From positions 125,178,001 to 125,242,000 of the forward strand of contig OZ024745.1 of NCBI GenBank assembly GCA_964016885.1: 64,000 bases of DNA, written 5' to 3'. Source of the stretch: Eledone cirrhosa. Lineage: Eukaryota. The notes beneath the pieces are model-generated. The model ran no database searches. It worked only from the letters and a program-made list of their open reading frames with translations, and had not been told where the DNA came from. How positions within the stretch are numbered: the first letter of the stretch is position 1; every line of letters starts with the position of its first letter. The position numbers and the translations under genes were made by a program. Of the stretch, positions 1 to 13,943 are shown piece after piece.

Positions 1-112
1 TTTCAGGGTCAGCGTCCTTTCAAAGTATTTCCCCATTATGCGACCTTTTGACTGTATTACATTACAGACACGCAAGCAAGCAAGCAATCACAGAGTTTTA
101 GTAGTATATAGA
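1..112 (-). mobile_element. Probable 5' terminus of a non-autonomous Helitron (continues left of the window)
   Basis: Minus strand reads A|TCTATATACTACTAAAACTCTGTGATTGCTTGCTTGCTTGCGTGTCTG: a TC start, then TATA..TAAAA and a tetranucleotide repeat, as in metazoan non-autonomous Helitrons. 3' end not visible. Confidence 0.4.
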
Positions 113-856
113 TTAACTCACTAATATTCTCTAGAATAAATAATACTACAAAGTGCGTCAACAGTCCCTTATTACCCTATCTCTCCACGTATCTCCTTTG
201 TTTCGCTTCATTTTCTATTCATCTTTTAGACAAACAAGATAACTCTTCTCTATATTCAAAAATCGCAGACGATTGGAAAGTGCTTGGAATAGTAGCTTTG
301 TGTGACGTCATCTTGTACAGCAAATTTTAATAACTTACTGTTTTTCTAACTCTAACATAGATTAATTTAGGCTGAAACAGGGCAGCACCAGTTTCTTTAG
401 ATTTCGAATTTTACTTTACATATGCCTGGAACTATATGATCATGGTGACACAATCTATTAAAATGTCAAACATACATAATTGTATGTAAAATTCAGGAAC
501 AATCATCCTCAACCAGTAACCTCAAATTATCTGAAAGCTACATAAGCGCACTTAATTTCGGACATTTACAAAACTAGATTTTCAGTCAGCAGCGATTTTA
601 TGTTGAATTAGCTGCTTTGAAACCGGATGTTCTTGGTGAAATCTACATTTTGTTTTAAATTAGCATTATACGAAGGTAATGACAATCTTTATTATATGCA
701 ATAATAAGTTGAATTAATTTCCCAAGTTTAATAGTTTCGTGTCCAAGGAGAGTAAAATGTCTCATATTTTGAGCAGTGAATTCCTTTAGAATTGCCCTCA
801 GAGTGGCTGAAAAGGATTGTCTATTTGTCCAATGGATACACATAGATTTTCATTAG

Positions 857-1020
857 CTCACTTGAGCAGAGAGCAGAGTAACATATTCCGATGTTCCATT
901 GAACGGAAATATGTAAGAAGACTTCAAAATATATTCCCCAAATTCACTATACATTCCAGTGAAATATTTTATGCCGCGCGCATATTTTATTTGTATTTTT
1001 CCCCCGATAAACTTAAAACC
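857..1020 (+). CDS. Possible isolated internal exon of an unknown host gene
   Basis: Acceptor gattttcattag| at 856, donor |GTAAGT at 1021, one frame open throughout (HLSREQSNIFRCSIERKYVRRLQNIFPKF...DKLKT). No recognisable homology. Confidence 0.2.
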
Positions 1021-2589
1021 GTAAGTGTTACTGTTTGATGTATGGAAAAAATAGATATCAGTAACGAAATGGGTATACATTATGTGATGTTCTTTTAGCA
1101 CAAATCATAATTTCAAGCATAGTTTGTCCACAAATAGATGAAATAGTTTTAACATCAATCAGAAATACATTTTAATTATTTATTAAATGCTTCCAACTCA
1201 AGAACAGTTATACATGCCATAAATAATATATCTCCTGTATATAAAGTTGATAGCATACTGTCGTAGAAGTAATATTTTCTGAATATGACAGCGTTGATAA
1301 CATTTATAAAGAAGTGGTGAAGTTAATGAATTTAGTAAAATTATTCCTTCAGCTCATCAATCAAATACAATACATTCTAGTGCCTTAGACATTTCAGGAC
1401 AGATGTCCGTTGTACTACTGCAAGACTTTCTGTTCATGAAACAATTCTGTCTAATTTGATTAATAAATTTATTTCTTGCAGCTAACTGATCGCTTTCCTG
1501 ATTTTGTTAGAGAGGCAGCTACGTTTATGACTGATGCCAACAAAAATTCATATTAACCCAATAAAATAGAAATAGTAACATACCATTTCATTGCAAATAA
1601 TTAGTAACTAAGGATGTATGTGAATGCATGTCCGTGATTTGTATATGTGCTTAATACAGAATTGATAAATGAAAGTTTTCTATACAGAAGCATGCTGCAT
1701 GTTCAAGTAAATTTCATTACATTAATAGGTTTGTATATAAAAGTATTTAATTCTTCCAAGGTAAAAACAAAGTATTTTTTCAATTGTCAGTATGCCAACA
1801 GTTTCTGATAACATAGCTGAAGCATTATAGTGACAATATATGTATAATGAATATGCTGAGTATGTAAATGTGGGGGAGGGGCCTAAGGTTATAGATGATG
1901 TGTTGATCTTGAGTTCTAACCTCATTTAACTTCACCAGGGAAAAAAAAACATTCATTAATGTAAAATCAATTCCTTGAAGAGTTAACATTGGGAATAAAT
2001 AAAAAGTAATTGTTTCTTACATCTGAAGATGTCTCTTTACTTCAGTACAGAAATCAATATGATAACACTTGCAAGAAATGTAACAGTCAATGGTATGCAC
2101 ACGTATATAATCAAACATACGTGCATATATATATATTATATAGAATAGAAACACTCGATAGAAATGTTAAATGAAAAGAAAATGATATAACAAAATGCTG
2201 GTTAATTAAAATGACAAACTCGGAGACGAGGTCAAACTTTATCCAATTAATTGTGCTTTAAAAAAAGCACTGGGGAGAGAACACTTGATATTTTACTTAA
2301 TCACAATTGATTACACATAGAATGAAATAGCAATGGACCTGATACATACTAGTTATATGAGAATGTTGGACATTTTTCTATATTAATGCTCCCTATTAGA
2401 AAGCTGTGTTCTTTCCGATACATAACATTTTAAAATGAATTGTGCCATGTCATTGTTGAACACAGCGTAAAGTGAGAATCATTATATCGAATGAATAGAG
2501 GTAAACATACACATAAAAGTGTACCAGGTCCGAACACAGAAGAGCCGAACTCTCACTGTCATCGCCTCCATCTCTCTCACCCTCTCCAT

Positions 2590-2945
2590 CTCTCATAATA
2601 GGGAGCAAATTGGTCCCACGCAGTGGCCACCCCATGGCACACAGAATAGAGAAGGCGTTTCCCCGAAAGAGCCATTCCACCTCGTGAGGCTCACACCTGC
2701 GGATAGCCATCTCAGCGCCTATGCAGGTGAGTATGGTCGTAGCTCTAGGGCCAAGGACTTCATAAGTCTCCACTGCTAGGGGCTCGACTGCAAATATGTC
2801 GGCGAGTGAAGATACTTGGAGAATTTACCCTCCTCAGTCGCAAGTGCAGCAAAGATATGGTTAGTCGCAGACTGCATCAGATTGGTGCTGGAGAATGTGT
2901 CGCTGCATGTGGCATCGCAGATGAGGTGCGTGACGTACTGTCCGA
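2590..2945 (-). mobile_element. Decayed C-terminal restriction-like endonuclease of a CRE-clade non-LTR retrotransposon
   Basis: Frameshifted peptide LICDATCSDTFSSTNL...AALATEEGKFSKY...AVETYEVLG...EPHEVEWLFRGNAFSI matches the CRE pattern WDATCxDT...AExxKxxKY...AVETxG...RGNA. Confidence 0.7.
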
Positions 2946-3404
2946 GAAAAATTACGTGGAAAATATAACCAGGAAAGTGTAATTCAGAAGATCTTTCATT
3001 ATTTAAATTAATAATTCTAGGAACAATATTTCCCTGATATATAAAGTTACATAGTTGTTTCTTCATTACTAATGGGGGACGTATTCATTTCTGTAAATCT
3101 ATTGGATTACCGCCTGAAGTATGATAGCACCAGAGTTGTACACCCATACATACACACATAGACGTACACACTCAATCACGCGCATACATACACATACAGA
3201 TACAGACCTACTTATATATTCAATAAGATTCAATAAAATTCAAAGAAAATAATATGTAAGATTCATGGTTGTGTACTTCAGATAATCCTATTCAGAGGTC
3301 CGACGGGCTAGATCGATACAGATCGAACCCTGAGCTGACCAGCAGTGAATTGTGCGTCGTCAACCAATAAACTTAATGAAGGAGTAGCCATTCGTCCTTG
3401 TATT

Positions 3405-3640
3405 ATCGTATATATATATAAGGAACGATCGACTTTCGTCAAATCGCACCGAGGGAACATGTTTCCGTTGGTCTTTCCAATTGCTAATACTATCTATCGG
3501 TCGCAACTCCAGGTAGAAGGAGCAACGTGAAATAAAGTGTCTTGCTCAAGGACATAACGCATCACCTGGTCCAGGAATCGAACTCACAACCTTACGATTG
3601 CGAATCCAATTCCCTAACCACTTAGCCACACGCCTTCACC
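3405..3640 (-). mobile_element. tRNA-derived SINE (CORE-like body)
   Basis: Minus strand GGCGTGTGGCTAAGTGGTTAGG (A box) ... GAGTTCGATTCC (B box) ... TGTCCTTGAGCAAGACACTT. Related copy at 18562. Confidence 0.7.
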
Positions 3641-3737
3641 ATATATATATATATATATTAAAGAGTTAAACAAGATTCAATGAGTATATCAAAGAATGAG
3701 TTTTACAGTAGATTGAAAGCGCTCTACGGTAAAATAA

Positions 3738-3801
<64 letters not shown>

Positions 3802-3804
<3 letters not shown>

Positions 3805-3992
3805 ACGAAGGAAATGTGGTAAGGAACCAGGTGGACCATAACGCACCAAAGTACTCAATACTTAGGGTAGTAGAGTGGGTAATAGGAACAAGTAATACCC
3901 CGACGGCTGAGCTCAACCCGTTTCGACGGCTAATTCTGTACTGAATTAGCCGTCGAAACGGCTTGAGCTCAGCCGTCGGGGTCTTACTTGTT

Positions 3993-3997
<5 letters not shown>
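3802..3997. mobile_element. Fold-back Penelope-like terminal repeat fragment (55-bp arm hairpin with the 3' half of an HHR)
   Basis: Arms 3882-3936 and 3943-3997 are near-perfect reverse complements, each containing GTC-GAAA-CGGN-TT-GAGCTC. Flanked by (TA)n. Homologous to 41572-41765 and 6921-7000. Confidence 0.6.
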
Positions 3998-4051
<54 letters not shown>

Positions 4052-4261
4052 AGGATAACAATAAATTGTTAAAGGTAACCCCATAAGAGTCTGTGAAAAC
4101 AATTTATCATGGACAGTTTAAGCATACGGTATACTCAACAAGATGTTTACGTTGGTGACGATTTTATGAGTTCGCTTGTATTCCTATGTAAATATATCTT
4201 GGAGTAATAAAAAAGTTAAGAATAACATGGTTGATAGTACAAACAAAGGAATTTTTTACAG

Positions 4262-4363
4262 TCTTACAATTGTTTCCATGATAGAAATGTCTATAAATTG
4301 CTAGATACTTGATAAGTACAACTCAATTTACAATACATTTAAGTTCGACCATTTCATCAGAGA
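4262..4363 (-). ncRNA. Type I hammerhead ribozyme candidate with long stem II insert
   Basis: Minus: TCT CTGATGA a-ATGGTCGAA...TTCTATCAT-g GAAA CAATTG TA AGA. Palindromic stem III; stem I only 3 bp. Confidence 0.45.
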
Positions 4364-5072
4364 ACATTAAGAAAAAAAAATATATGCGTAACGGTAAATT
4401 TAAAGATTCAAAGATTCAAATTACTATATCAATAATATTATTAATGTTAAATAAATAAATAAATATATAAAGGAAGGGAGATAGATGGAAATGAGAGAGA
4501 AAGAAAGAAAGAAGGAAGGAAGATATAGTTAAATGTATAACCGGCAAAATTACGAAATCAACCTATCATATTAAAATAAATATAACATTAATAATAATAA
4601 AGATATATATAGAGAGAAAGAGAGAAGGGGGGAATATAGCACAGGCAAAGAGGAAGGATAAGTGAAGAAGATGAGAAAGAAATAGAGGAAGATTAAGAAG
4701 GATGAGGGAGTAAAAATTAATCATGAGGAAGAGAGAGAAAAAATAAACATACTGATATGAAGAAGATACATATACGGACAAGAAAATAAATATACGGACG
4801 AATATAGATTACTATGTAAAATAGCTAATTTGAGATGTATTATATTATCATAAGATAAAATGAACGAGATGAAATCTGTTTAAGCGGAAAAATATAAAGA
4901 TAAATGGTGAAAGATGTATATATATAAGATAATAAATAATGCAAATACAAATAAAAATAAAAATAAAAATAATTATGTTAATACAAATGTGTTTAGGTTA
5001 TTCCTACGTAATTATGAAGTTTGTGATCATTTTATATCGTAATAAGTGCTAAAAAGGAATATATATATATAT

Positions 5073-5410
5073 AAAATAAAATAAATAAGTCAAATATTTA
5101 AAATCTGGCTTCGTTTATTACTGCTATATATATTTCGGTGACATGTATCTTTGGCTGTGACCTCTTCAGGCAGTCCGAGTGGTGTGGTAGAGACGTGTAC
5201 ACATGTTGTTGAGGTGTTTAACTTCGTCAATAGATGGCTGTCACCAAAATATATATAGCAGTAATAAACGAAGTGAAATTTTAAATATTTGACTTATTTA
5301 TTTTATTTTACATTACTCCGGAATAACCAAACCAACCTGCGCACTTCGTCGAGTCCTCTTTTTTGCATACTGAGGTGTCGGTAAACAACCAACATATACT
5401 CAAAATTTAT
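5073..5410. mobile_element. Inverted Penelope-like terminal repeat pair between (TA)n tracts
   Basis: 5073-5143 is the reverse complement of about 5238-5310; the left arm carries the HHR at 5120-5174. Confidence 0.6.
5120..5174 (-). ncRNA. Type I hammerhead ribozyme
   Basis: Minus: ACTGC CTGAAGA GGTCACA-12nt-TGTCACC GAAA TATATA TA GCAGT. 5-bp stem I, CUGANGA/GAAA/UA core, palindromic stem III. Confidence 0.75.
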
Positions 5411-5432
5411 ATATATATATATGTATAGATAT

Positions 5433-6428
<996 letters not shown>

Positions 6429-6873
6429 TACAGAATAATCAAAACTATGTTCAAAAGATAATATTGCTGACAATGGTTTCTTCCAGACTTTCGTATGGAA
6501 TCATCGAAGCACTAGGACAGTTTAGACATATAATTAACTCCTATTCTACAGAACAATCGTAAATATACGTAGTTGTTAGTGTTGTCATTAACAATGTGAT
6601 ATTTAAAGAGTGAAGATGATGGGGTCAGTATCAGTGGATACGACAAAGATTATAAAAGAATAATACAACAATTATAGAGGAATTCAAGAAGAAAGTTACT
6701 CGCAAAACAAGAACATTAGCGGTACATATACAAACGTATAGAAAGAGTGTAGAGGTATTAGGCATGTACAGAATAACCAGGTAAGAAACAAGCAATGGTA
6801 CTAAGCATATTAAGCAGACAGAGAAGCGTGGGTATGAAAAGCAGTTTCTATGAAGTTTAGGGTGGATGCAATG

Positions 6874-6923
<50 letters not shown>

Positions 6924-7029
6924 TTGGGGTAGTAGAGACGGTAATATGAAAAGATCCAGGACACAGACGACTGAGCTCCGGCCGTTTCGACAGCTAGATC
7001 CGAGCAAAAATATAGGCTTGTTGGTTACG

Positions 7030-7770
7030 GATCTGAACAGCTCGTCTCACTGCCTGCATATCAAATGATTTCTACATCTCCAGTACATTTCATCTGAAGA
7101 GAACATGTTCCTTGAAAGCTCCCTAGTCACAGATTGCTCTCCGGGGCTGAGCCTTGCTCTTTCTTAAGCTCACCCGGACCGCACTCATAACAACCCAGTC
7201 ACAGCCCAGTGTACTGAAATAGTTGTATGGTTCTGTGTTCAGAACACTATTCCGCCACTTTTTCCTCACCAGAAAGAACTCAATCTGGGACTAGGGCAGG
7301 TGCATATCTGAGATGTAGGTCCACATCTTCCCCGGATTCTTCCTAAAGCTTAGGTTGGTTGCCATCGAATTCGCTTCCAGCAGTGTGTCTCTCAGTAATC
7401 TTCCGTTTCGGTTGGTGTTGTTATGGAAGTTCCAGCAAAGATCTTCACTGCTCTCCTTACTCAGATGTGCATTGAAGTCACCCAGAACAAGCAGGATGTT
7501 GTGAGCTTGTGTAGTGTTGGCAGCTCTAGACACCTCCTCATGGAACTCACATCACTGTCTCCTTCCGTTGGACTATAGACTGAGATGACTGTCAGTCTTG
7601 GGTGTCCATGGAAGGGCACCCTCAACACTCGCGCGGAGGCAGGTATGATTTCCCTCACCAATAGATTGGTCCATGCATTGAAAACAAAATCCACTCCGCC
7701 CATTGCAGCATTCGTCGTGCTCTCCACTGCTGATGTGGTGATGAGCTGGCTCCTCTTCCCAATAATAATT
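7030..7770 (-). mobile_element. Decayed AP-endonuclease region of an RTE-like LINE
   Basis: Frameshifted GGVDFVFN...LTVISVYSPTE...LLVLGDFNAHL...NRNGRLL...MATNLSFRKNPGKMWTY, the typical APE motifs. Confidence 0.8.
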
Positions 7771-7898
7771 ATTATTGATTTTAATAACCTGTCATTTTCG
7801 TTCTACTAAATTATTTACATTATTCTTAATTCTGAAGCGGAGAATCATTCGGTTTCCTAAATAGATTATTGGTCTAGGTCTCCATATATATATATATA

Positions 7899-7977
<79 letters not shown>

Positions 7978-8704
7978 AGAGCGAAAGAGATAGTTAAGGA
8001 TATATATATATAAACACTCCCTACACTAACTTATATCTGTCTTTATGGCTTCATCGGGCCTTCATCTTGGGCGCCGCTAGATCAATAACTTGGGAAAATA
8101 ATTTGTATAAATTCTTCACCTCTCCTCAATGTCAATAAAACATATTTGATAGTTATGTAGTCTGGAGTTTTTTTGTTTTTTTCCTTCGTTGGAAATCGAA
8201 GAAGAATATATATATTACGATACATCAAGGCTGACTGACAAATCAACAATGTAGTTAATACTTTAAGAGGTTTGGAAGGAGAATTATAAATGATCTAAAA
8301 TATTGCTACGCTACCCTATACTAACAAACATCTGTGTACATATAGTCCTGCACATAAAACCTAACATCTATGAATGGTATTTGTTTACATAGATTTATTA
8401 CGATTTATAACATTTTGAATATTCTTGAGTATGTCTGTGTTTGTTTTATTCAGAGTGCCCTCTATTTATATGAAAAATTCCTGAATAATTTATTGATAAA
8501 ATCTGGCTCTAAACTGAAATATTTACGCAAAATAATGTCTGGTTAATTTATATATAATAATATCCTGATGTAAAAATCTATCAAAATCAAAAACTGTTAT
8601 TTCTACCAATATTTTCTGACATCATATAAGCATGTTCCGTGTAAAATAAATACGTTTATTGTTGATATATTTTTTATAAATAATATTCTGTCTTGTTATA
8701 GTAA

Positions 8705-8740
<36 letters not shown>

Positions 8741-8744
<4 letters not shown>

Positions 8745-9390
8745 AAATATTTCGTATCTCCAAAGAAATACCGTTTTAGGAAGCGGTAGCTATGCAAACA
8801 CCGGGGGGCTAACGCCCTCTGGTGATGTCCAGCAAAAGCAAGGGGGTTCAACCGTCTATGCATTTCAGGCTTATCTGGCCATCGTCAGGACGGTCCCTCC
8901 CATCGCTTGCGACTGCTGGACTAGAAGACAAGCTTTATACAATTTGTATAAATGTTTCGTATTTCCAAAGAAATACGGTTTTAGGAAGCTGTAGATATGC
9001 AAACACCGGGGGGCTAACGCCCTCTGGTAATGTCCAGCAGAAGCAATATTTATACAAATTGTATAGAGCTATGCTTGAAGCGAAATACTATTTCTTTTTT
9101 ATTATAAGTTATGCAGCTTCATATACAAATGAGATTAATCACCGCATTTACGCAGACGAGAAAACTATATATTCTCGCCTGTCTTCTAGTTCAGCAGTGG
9201 CAAGCGGTGGGAGGGACCGTCTAGATGATGGCCAGTTAAGCCTGAAATAAATAGACGGTTGTCCTCCTTGCTTCTGCTAGACATCACCAGAGGGCGTTAG
9301 CATAGCTACGGCTTCCTAAAACCGTATTTCTTTGGAGATACGAAATAGTTATACAAATTGTATGCTTGAAGCGAAATCCTATTTCTTTTA
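8741..9390. mobile_element. Retrozyme-like element: 205-bp HHR monomer, about 1.5 tandem copies followed by an inverted copy
   Basis: GTATAAAT.TTTCGTAT repeats at 8741 and 8946 (period 205); 9177-9360 is a diverged reverse complement of the monomer. (TA)n flanks. Confidence 0.7.
8851..8894 (-). ncRNA. Minimal type I hammerhead ribozyme
   Basis: Minus: ACCGTC CTGACGA tGGC-CAGATAA-GCCt GAAA TGCA TA GACGGT. A mutated copy lies on + at about 9217-9260. Confidence 0.8.
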
Positions 9391-9762
9391 TATATATATA
9401 GTTCAACATATATTATTCGTAATCATGTGTTACACAAATGACCACCTCGGAACCTTAATCCATTACAATCATGAGTTAATTTATTTTAATGTCGGACTTA
9501 TTGTAACTGATTAAGTTTCCAGGTGGGTAATTTACGGAATACATATTTCGCGTGATTACGACCAAAGTATGTTGAAATGGTACTTCGATATCATTTAATA
9601 TAGAAACACTGTACATACTACGGTAACACCAAACTGATGACGGTGATAATCCACACATATAAACACTGAGTATCCAATTCATCTAAAAGCATTGAGTACC
9701 GAAACAATCACCGCCAGTAGTAATTCATATTTCTCAGCAAGTGGCAATAATATATATATAAT

Positions 9763-9860
<98 letters not shown>

Positions 9861-9912
9861 TTTCTGAATTTGTTTAGCAAGATTCTTTATCTGAAATCGT
9901 GTGTTGAAACCG

Positions 9913-10037
9913 ATATTGTTATACTTTGGGAGGGTCATGTTGCCAATAAGGAACACACGCACCAGTTGCTTGAAGTGAAAGCAACTGGTGCGTGTGTTCC
10001 TTATTGGCAACATGACCCTCCCAAAGTATAACAATAT
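9913..10037. repeat. Perfect 59-bp inverted repeat (fold-back) of a dispersed element end
   Basis: 9913-9971 is the exact reverse complement of 9979-10037 (7-nt loop). Single arms recur at 12891-12950 and 56368-56402. Confidence 0.9.
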
Positions 10038-10189
10038 ATATATATATATATACAAATAATAATAGGTGTTGGATGCTTAAAGCGTCCATATGCGGTAGAC
10101 CGTTTGAGCACACGATGCTCTTACAGAGTACAGTATGATATCACAAAATAAAGAGATACTCAGTGTTGCGACGAATGGAATTTATTGGC

Positions 10190-10280
10190 CATATTACAAT
10201 CGTTTCTCTGGCGGCCAGCTCGAGGTACGATCGATGTGATGATCGAACCTGACTCTGAAAACGCAAGGTCCTCAGATACG
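10190..10280 (-). ncRNA. Type I hammerhead ribozyme candidate with extended stem II, downstream of a Penelope endonuclease remnant
   Basis: Minus: CGTAT CTGAGGA [about 60-nt hairpin with CAG/CTG, AGGT/ACCT, CGATC/GATCG] GAAA CGATTG TA ATATG. Confidence 0.6.
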
Positions 10281-10590
10281 TCTTGATTCTACGAAGCAGA
10301 TTTTCCTAATGTCCTTTTACATCGATATCCTTCGCTTGTCGGCTTAGATCCTGATGTTGTCATTCCATGAGTAGTCAGGAATTGTACACGTCATCGATAT
10401 TTCTAGCCACTATTGGGTTTTTTTCATTCTCCACCTGTCAATCAAAGTTGTTTCTTAGATCGGAATTACTACTGTAGTAGGTAAGGGGTTGTATGATTGA
10501 ACTGCTGTTGGCCCTTCGGCATCTTTTCTATCTTTCTGCGCCCTCGCACAAACCGATCACGTACACACTCGCAACTGTATTATATGCGAC
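10281..10590 (-). pseudogene. Highly decayed Penelope-like GIY-YIG endonuclease remnant
   Basis: Minus translation YVIGLCEG...ANSSS resembles the PLE YIGLxEGxxKxRxxxHxSSF motif; multiple stops. Confidence 0.4.
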
Positions 10591-10771
10591 AATCACCGTA
10601 AATAATACTTGGAGGGAATTTTTGAAACAAATTAGAAAAATATTAAGCCTAATGTTTAATTATATATTATATATTATATTATATTATATAATAATATATA
10701 TACATACATAATATATATATAAATATATACATAATATATATATATATATAAATATATACAGAATCTATATA

Positions 10772-11474
10772 ATATAAGATGAAAAGATGGTTAAAAGAGT
10801 TCCAAGTATTTTATTATGCGCATTTGATAAACAAATATCATCATGGCATGATATCTGCGTTCTCATCAGATAAAACAGGGATACATGATATGAAGATTAA
10901 AAAACACTTGTGAATAGTGAAATTTTAAATCAACATATGAAACATAATTTAAGATTGATGTATGAGATTAGGAAAAAGTGGGGGGTGGGGGTGGAAAGGG
11001 TAAGGAAGAGGAGGAGATGAGAGTAAATAATGGTGGGGGAGGAGTATAAGAAGGGAGGATGAGAGAGGAGGAGAGATGAGTGATAGAGAGAGAGTGATAG
11101 CCTTTATAACTGAGAAAAAAATATATATTGTCTCACAGAGAGAAGTTAAAAAGCTGTTGGAAGATAATAGATAATTTAAAAGAATTTGAAATTAAAAGTT
11201 AATGAGCTTTATGCATGAAGAGAAAAAGGAATTAAGAATAATATTAAATTAAAGTTTGTATATTGAAGGGTTCAATAATATGTGCGAGGAAAAGAAATTA
11301 TTAATATGTATTATTAAAATAAAAATATCATCCCATGATGATATTTGTTTTTGAAATGCGCATAATAAAATACTTAGAACTCTTTTAACCATCTTTTGAT
11401 CTTATTTTATTTATACTCCAGTCCTACAAACTTTGCATTGCTTTATTGTGCTACAATAAAATTCACCTTCCTAC

Positions 11475-11475
<1 letters not shown>
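10772..11475. mobile_element. Inverted Penelope-like terminal repeat pair with a mutated HHR (10809-10875, minus)
   Basis: 10772-10850 is reverse-complemented at about 11325-11410. Minus: TTTTAT CTGATGA...CAAA TGCGCA TA ATAAAA; the inverted partial copy retains GAAA TGCGCA TA. Confidence 0.55.
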
Positions 11476-11509
<34 letters not shown>

Positions 11510-11706
11510 GATAACAAGTTATCGTTATAGGAAATCCAGTTAGAGGTTGTGAGTACACTGTGTCGTGGCTAGTTTTAACGTACGGTTTAACTGAACAAGA
11601 TGCTTCTATAGTTAGGCAGCGAGTTCGCGATAATTCCTATGTAGATTATACTTGGAGTAATAATAGTGAAAGAATGAAGAGTAACATAGTGTGTGTGTGT
11701 GTGTGC

Positions 11707-11791
<85 letters not shown>

Positions 11792-11794
11792 TGT

Positions 11795-11826
<32 letters not shown>

Positions 11827-12520
11827 ATTAGTCCTGGGTATGACATTAAAGTGCATCACGAGCTGTGGGGAATGTGGAGTTACCCCTTTGTTCTTATCTG
11901 TTGTTATCTGCTCTGGCCCGGAGGAGCAGTACCTGTTAGGGCTACATTTATGCGTTAAATAATTAATGTATTCGAGTGGCGCCGGTAAGGTATTATCAGC
12001 CATTGAAAAGAAATCTCGGGAATTTTACCCGCCCTAGATCGATAGATAAATAAATATATATCAAATACGCCCCTTTAAACTCTTGCTTTCCTTAACAGAA
12101 CTGAGCAAAATATTTTATGAAACATATTTAGTCACCCATGCATGCAAATCTCTCATCCCCATCATGTCAGCGAAGTTGATCAAGGCCATTACAGCTTCAG
12201 AGGTAAGATCCTGATCAAATATCTTCGAGAATTATAAACCGACTCTCTACGTAGTCAACAGAACCACTAAATACTGAATTTAGATTGTGGAGAAACGATG
12301 CAGTTTCTTCTTAATAAGCTGCAAATGGTCAAGTTATCTGATACCTTCATAATCAATGAAATATTGTTGCAATTCAAACGAAGAACGGTTTCACGAGGGA
12401 CGACGGATATTTTCGTTAATTAGCAACCATGCTAGCTGTTTGGTGACCTATCAAGTATGAACTCAAATTAACGGCAACACATTCATAGGTACATTCGCAG
12501 CTGTATGCATATATATATAT

Positions 12521-12690
12521 ATTTATTAAAATAACAGATTAAAGTTTAAGCAAAGAATCGCTGCATTCACCCTTAACGGAATCTTCTGAAACTAAATATT
12601 TGCTCTACGGTTCTTATATATCTGATATATATTTATCCTTATCGATCCCTCTTTGGATTATAGTCTTCAAATGTATTATTATTACTATTA
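12521..12690. mobile_element. Miniature Penelope-like insertion sharing both ends with 61481-63150
   Basis: 12521-12596 matches 61481-61555, and 12609-12690 matches 63074-63150. Confidence 0.65.
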
Positions 12691-12691
12691 T

Positions 12692-12771
<80 letters not shown>

Positions 12772-12812
12772 TATACATCTATATATATATTCATATGCAT
12801 ATATATATATTC

Positions 12813-12893
<81 letters not shown>

Positions 12894-13048
12894 TGTTATA
12901 CTTTGGGAGGGTCATGTTGCCAATAAGAAACACACGCACCAATTGTTTCACTTCAATTTATTATTATAATAAATTCATAATAAATTTATAAATTTATAAA
13001 TTTCTGGTTAGTTGGTTGGTTCCACAACCAGATAGTTGTTTATATATT

Positions 13049-13091
13049 GTCATAGTTCTTTCGTCACACACTCTGTGACCTCTTCAGTGAC
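13049..13091 (-). ncRNA. Type I hammerhead ribozyme (slightly degenerate)
   Basis: Minus: GTCA CTGAAGA gGTCACA-GAGTG-TGTGAC GAAA GAAC TA TGAC. Shares CTGAAGAGGTCACAG with the 5120 HHR. Confidence 0.6.
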
Positions 13092-13256
13092 TGGGGATTC
13101 CTTTCTTTGTTTCTGTGCCTCTCCTTTGTTCTGTCCTACGCCATTTTGTTTCTTGCTAAACAAATTCAGAAACGAAATATATATATATAAATATATATAT
13201 ATAAATATATATATATAAATATATATATATATACATATATATATATATTCATATAC

Positions 13257-13288
<32 letters not shown>

Positions 13289-13404
13289 TAATATACATAT
13301 ATGAATATATACATATATATATATATATTTATATATTCATATACACATATATATATATGTATATGTATATATATATGTATATATATATTTTTGTATATAT
13401 ATAT

Positions 13405-13481
<77 letters not shown>

Positions 13482-13574
13482 TATACATAAATATATATAT
13501 GTATGTATGTATTTATGTATATACATATATAGCAGACGAAGCAAGTCGAAAGTCGAATACATCAGATATAACTT

Positions 13575-13790
13575 CGGTCGCTTTGGCGATCATCAGAGCT
13601 ACGTACCCCGAAAAGAGCACCAATCCTAATACCTAATTTTTGCTGGACCGCCAATCGCTCTGTATAATCAGCTCCTGATTATTACTAGAATTCTATAAGA
13701 ATCCTGCTTCTATAATTTTCGGCGAAGGCGGGGGACTACGTAGCTCTGATGATCGCCAACAGCGGAAAACAGACTGTTAGCTTCTCTACC
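13575..13790. repeat. Short element with a 23-bp inverted repeat carrying a degenerate HHR-like motif
   Basis: TTGGCGATCATCAGAGCTACGTA (13583) / TACGTAGCTCTGATGATCGCCAA (13737). The + copy reads AGCT CTGATGA TCGC-CAACA-GCGG AAAA CAGACTG TT AGCT. Confidence 0.45.
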
Positions 13791-13905
13791 TTCGTTCGCC
13801 GAAAAGAATTAAGTGACATAGTCACTACTTTAAAACTGATAGAGTATTGTCTTCAAAATGTTTTTGATTAAACATGCGGTATATTGCCAAATATACTAAA
13901 CATAC

Positions 13906-13939
<34 letters not shown>

Positions 13940-13943
<4 letters not shown>

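Noticed and set aside
3575-3640. tRNA-like A/B boxes (also at 18562 and in the major SINE heads)
   Set aside because: They continue into SINE bodies and lack a full cloverleaf; not tRNA genes.
9631-9715. CTGATGACGGT...ACCGAAACAATC motif
   Set aside because: No stem I and no proper stem III; at most a decayed relic.
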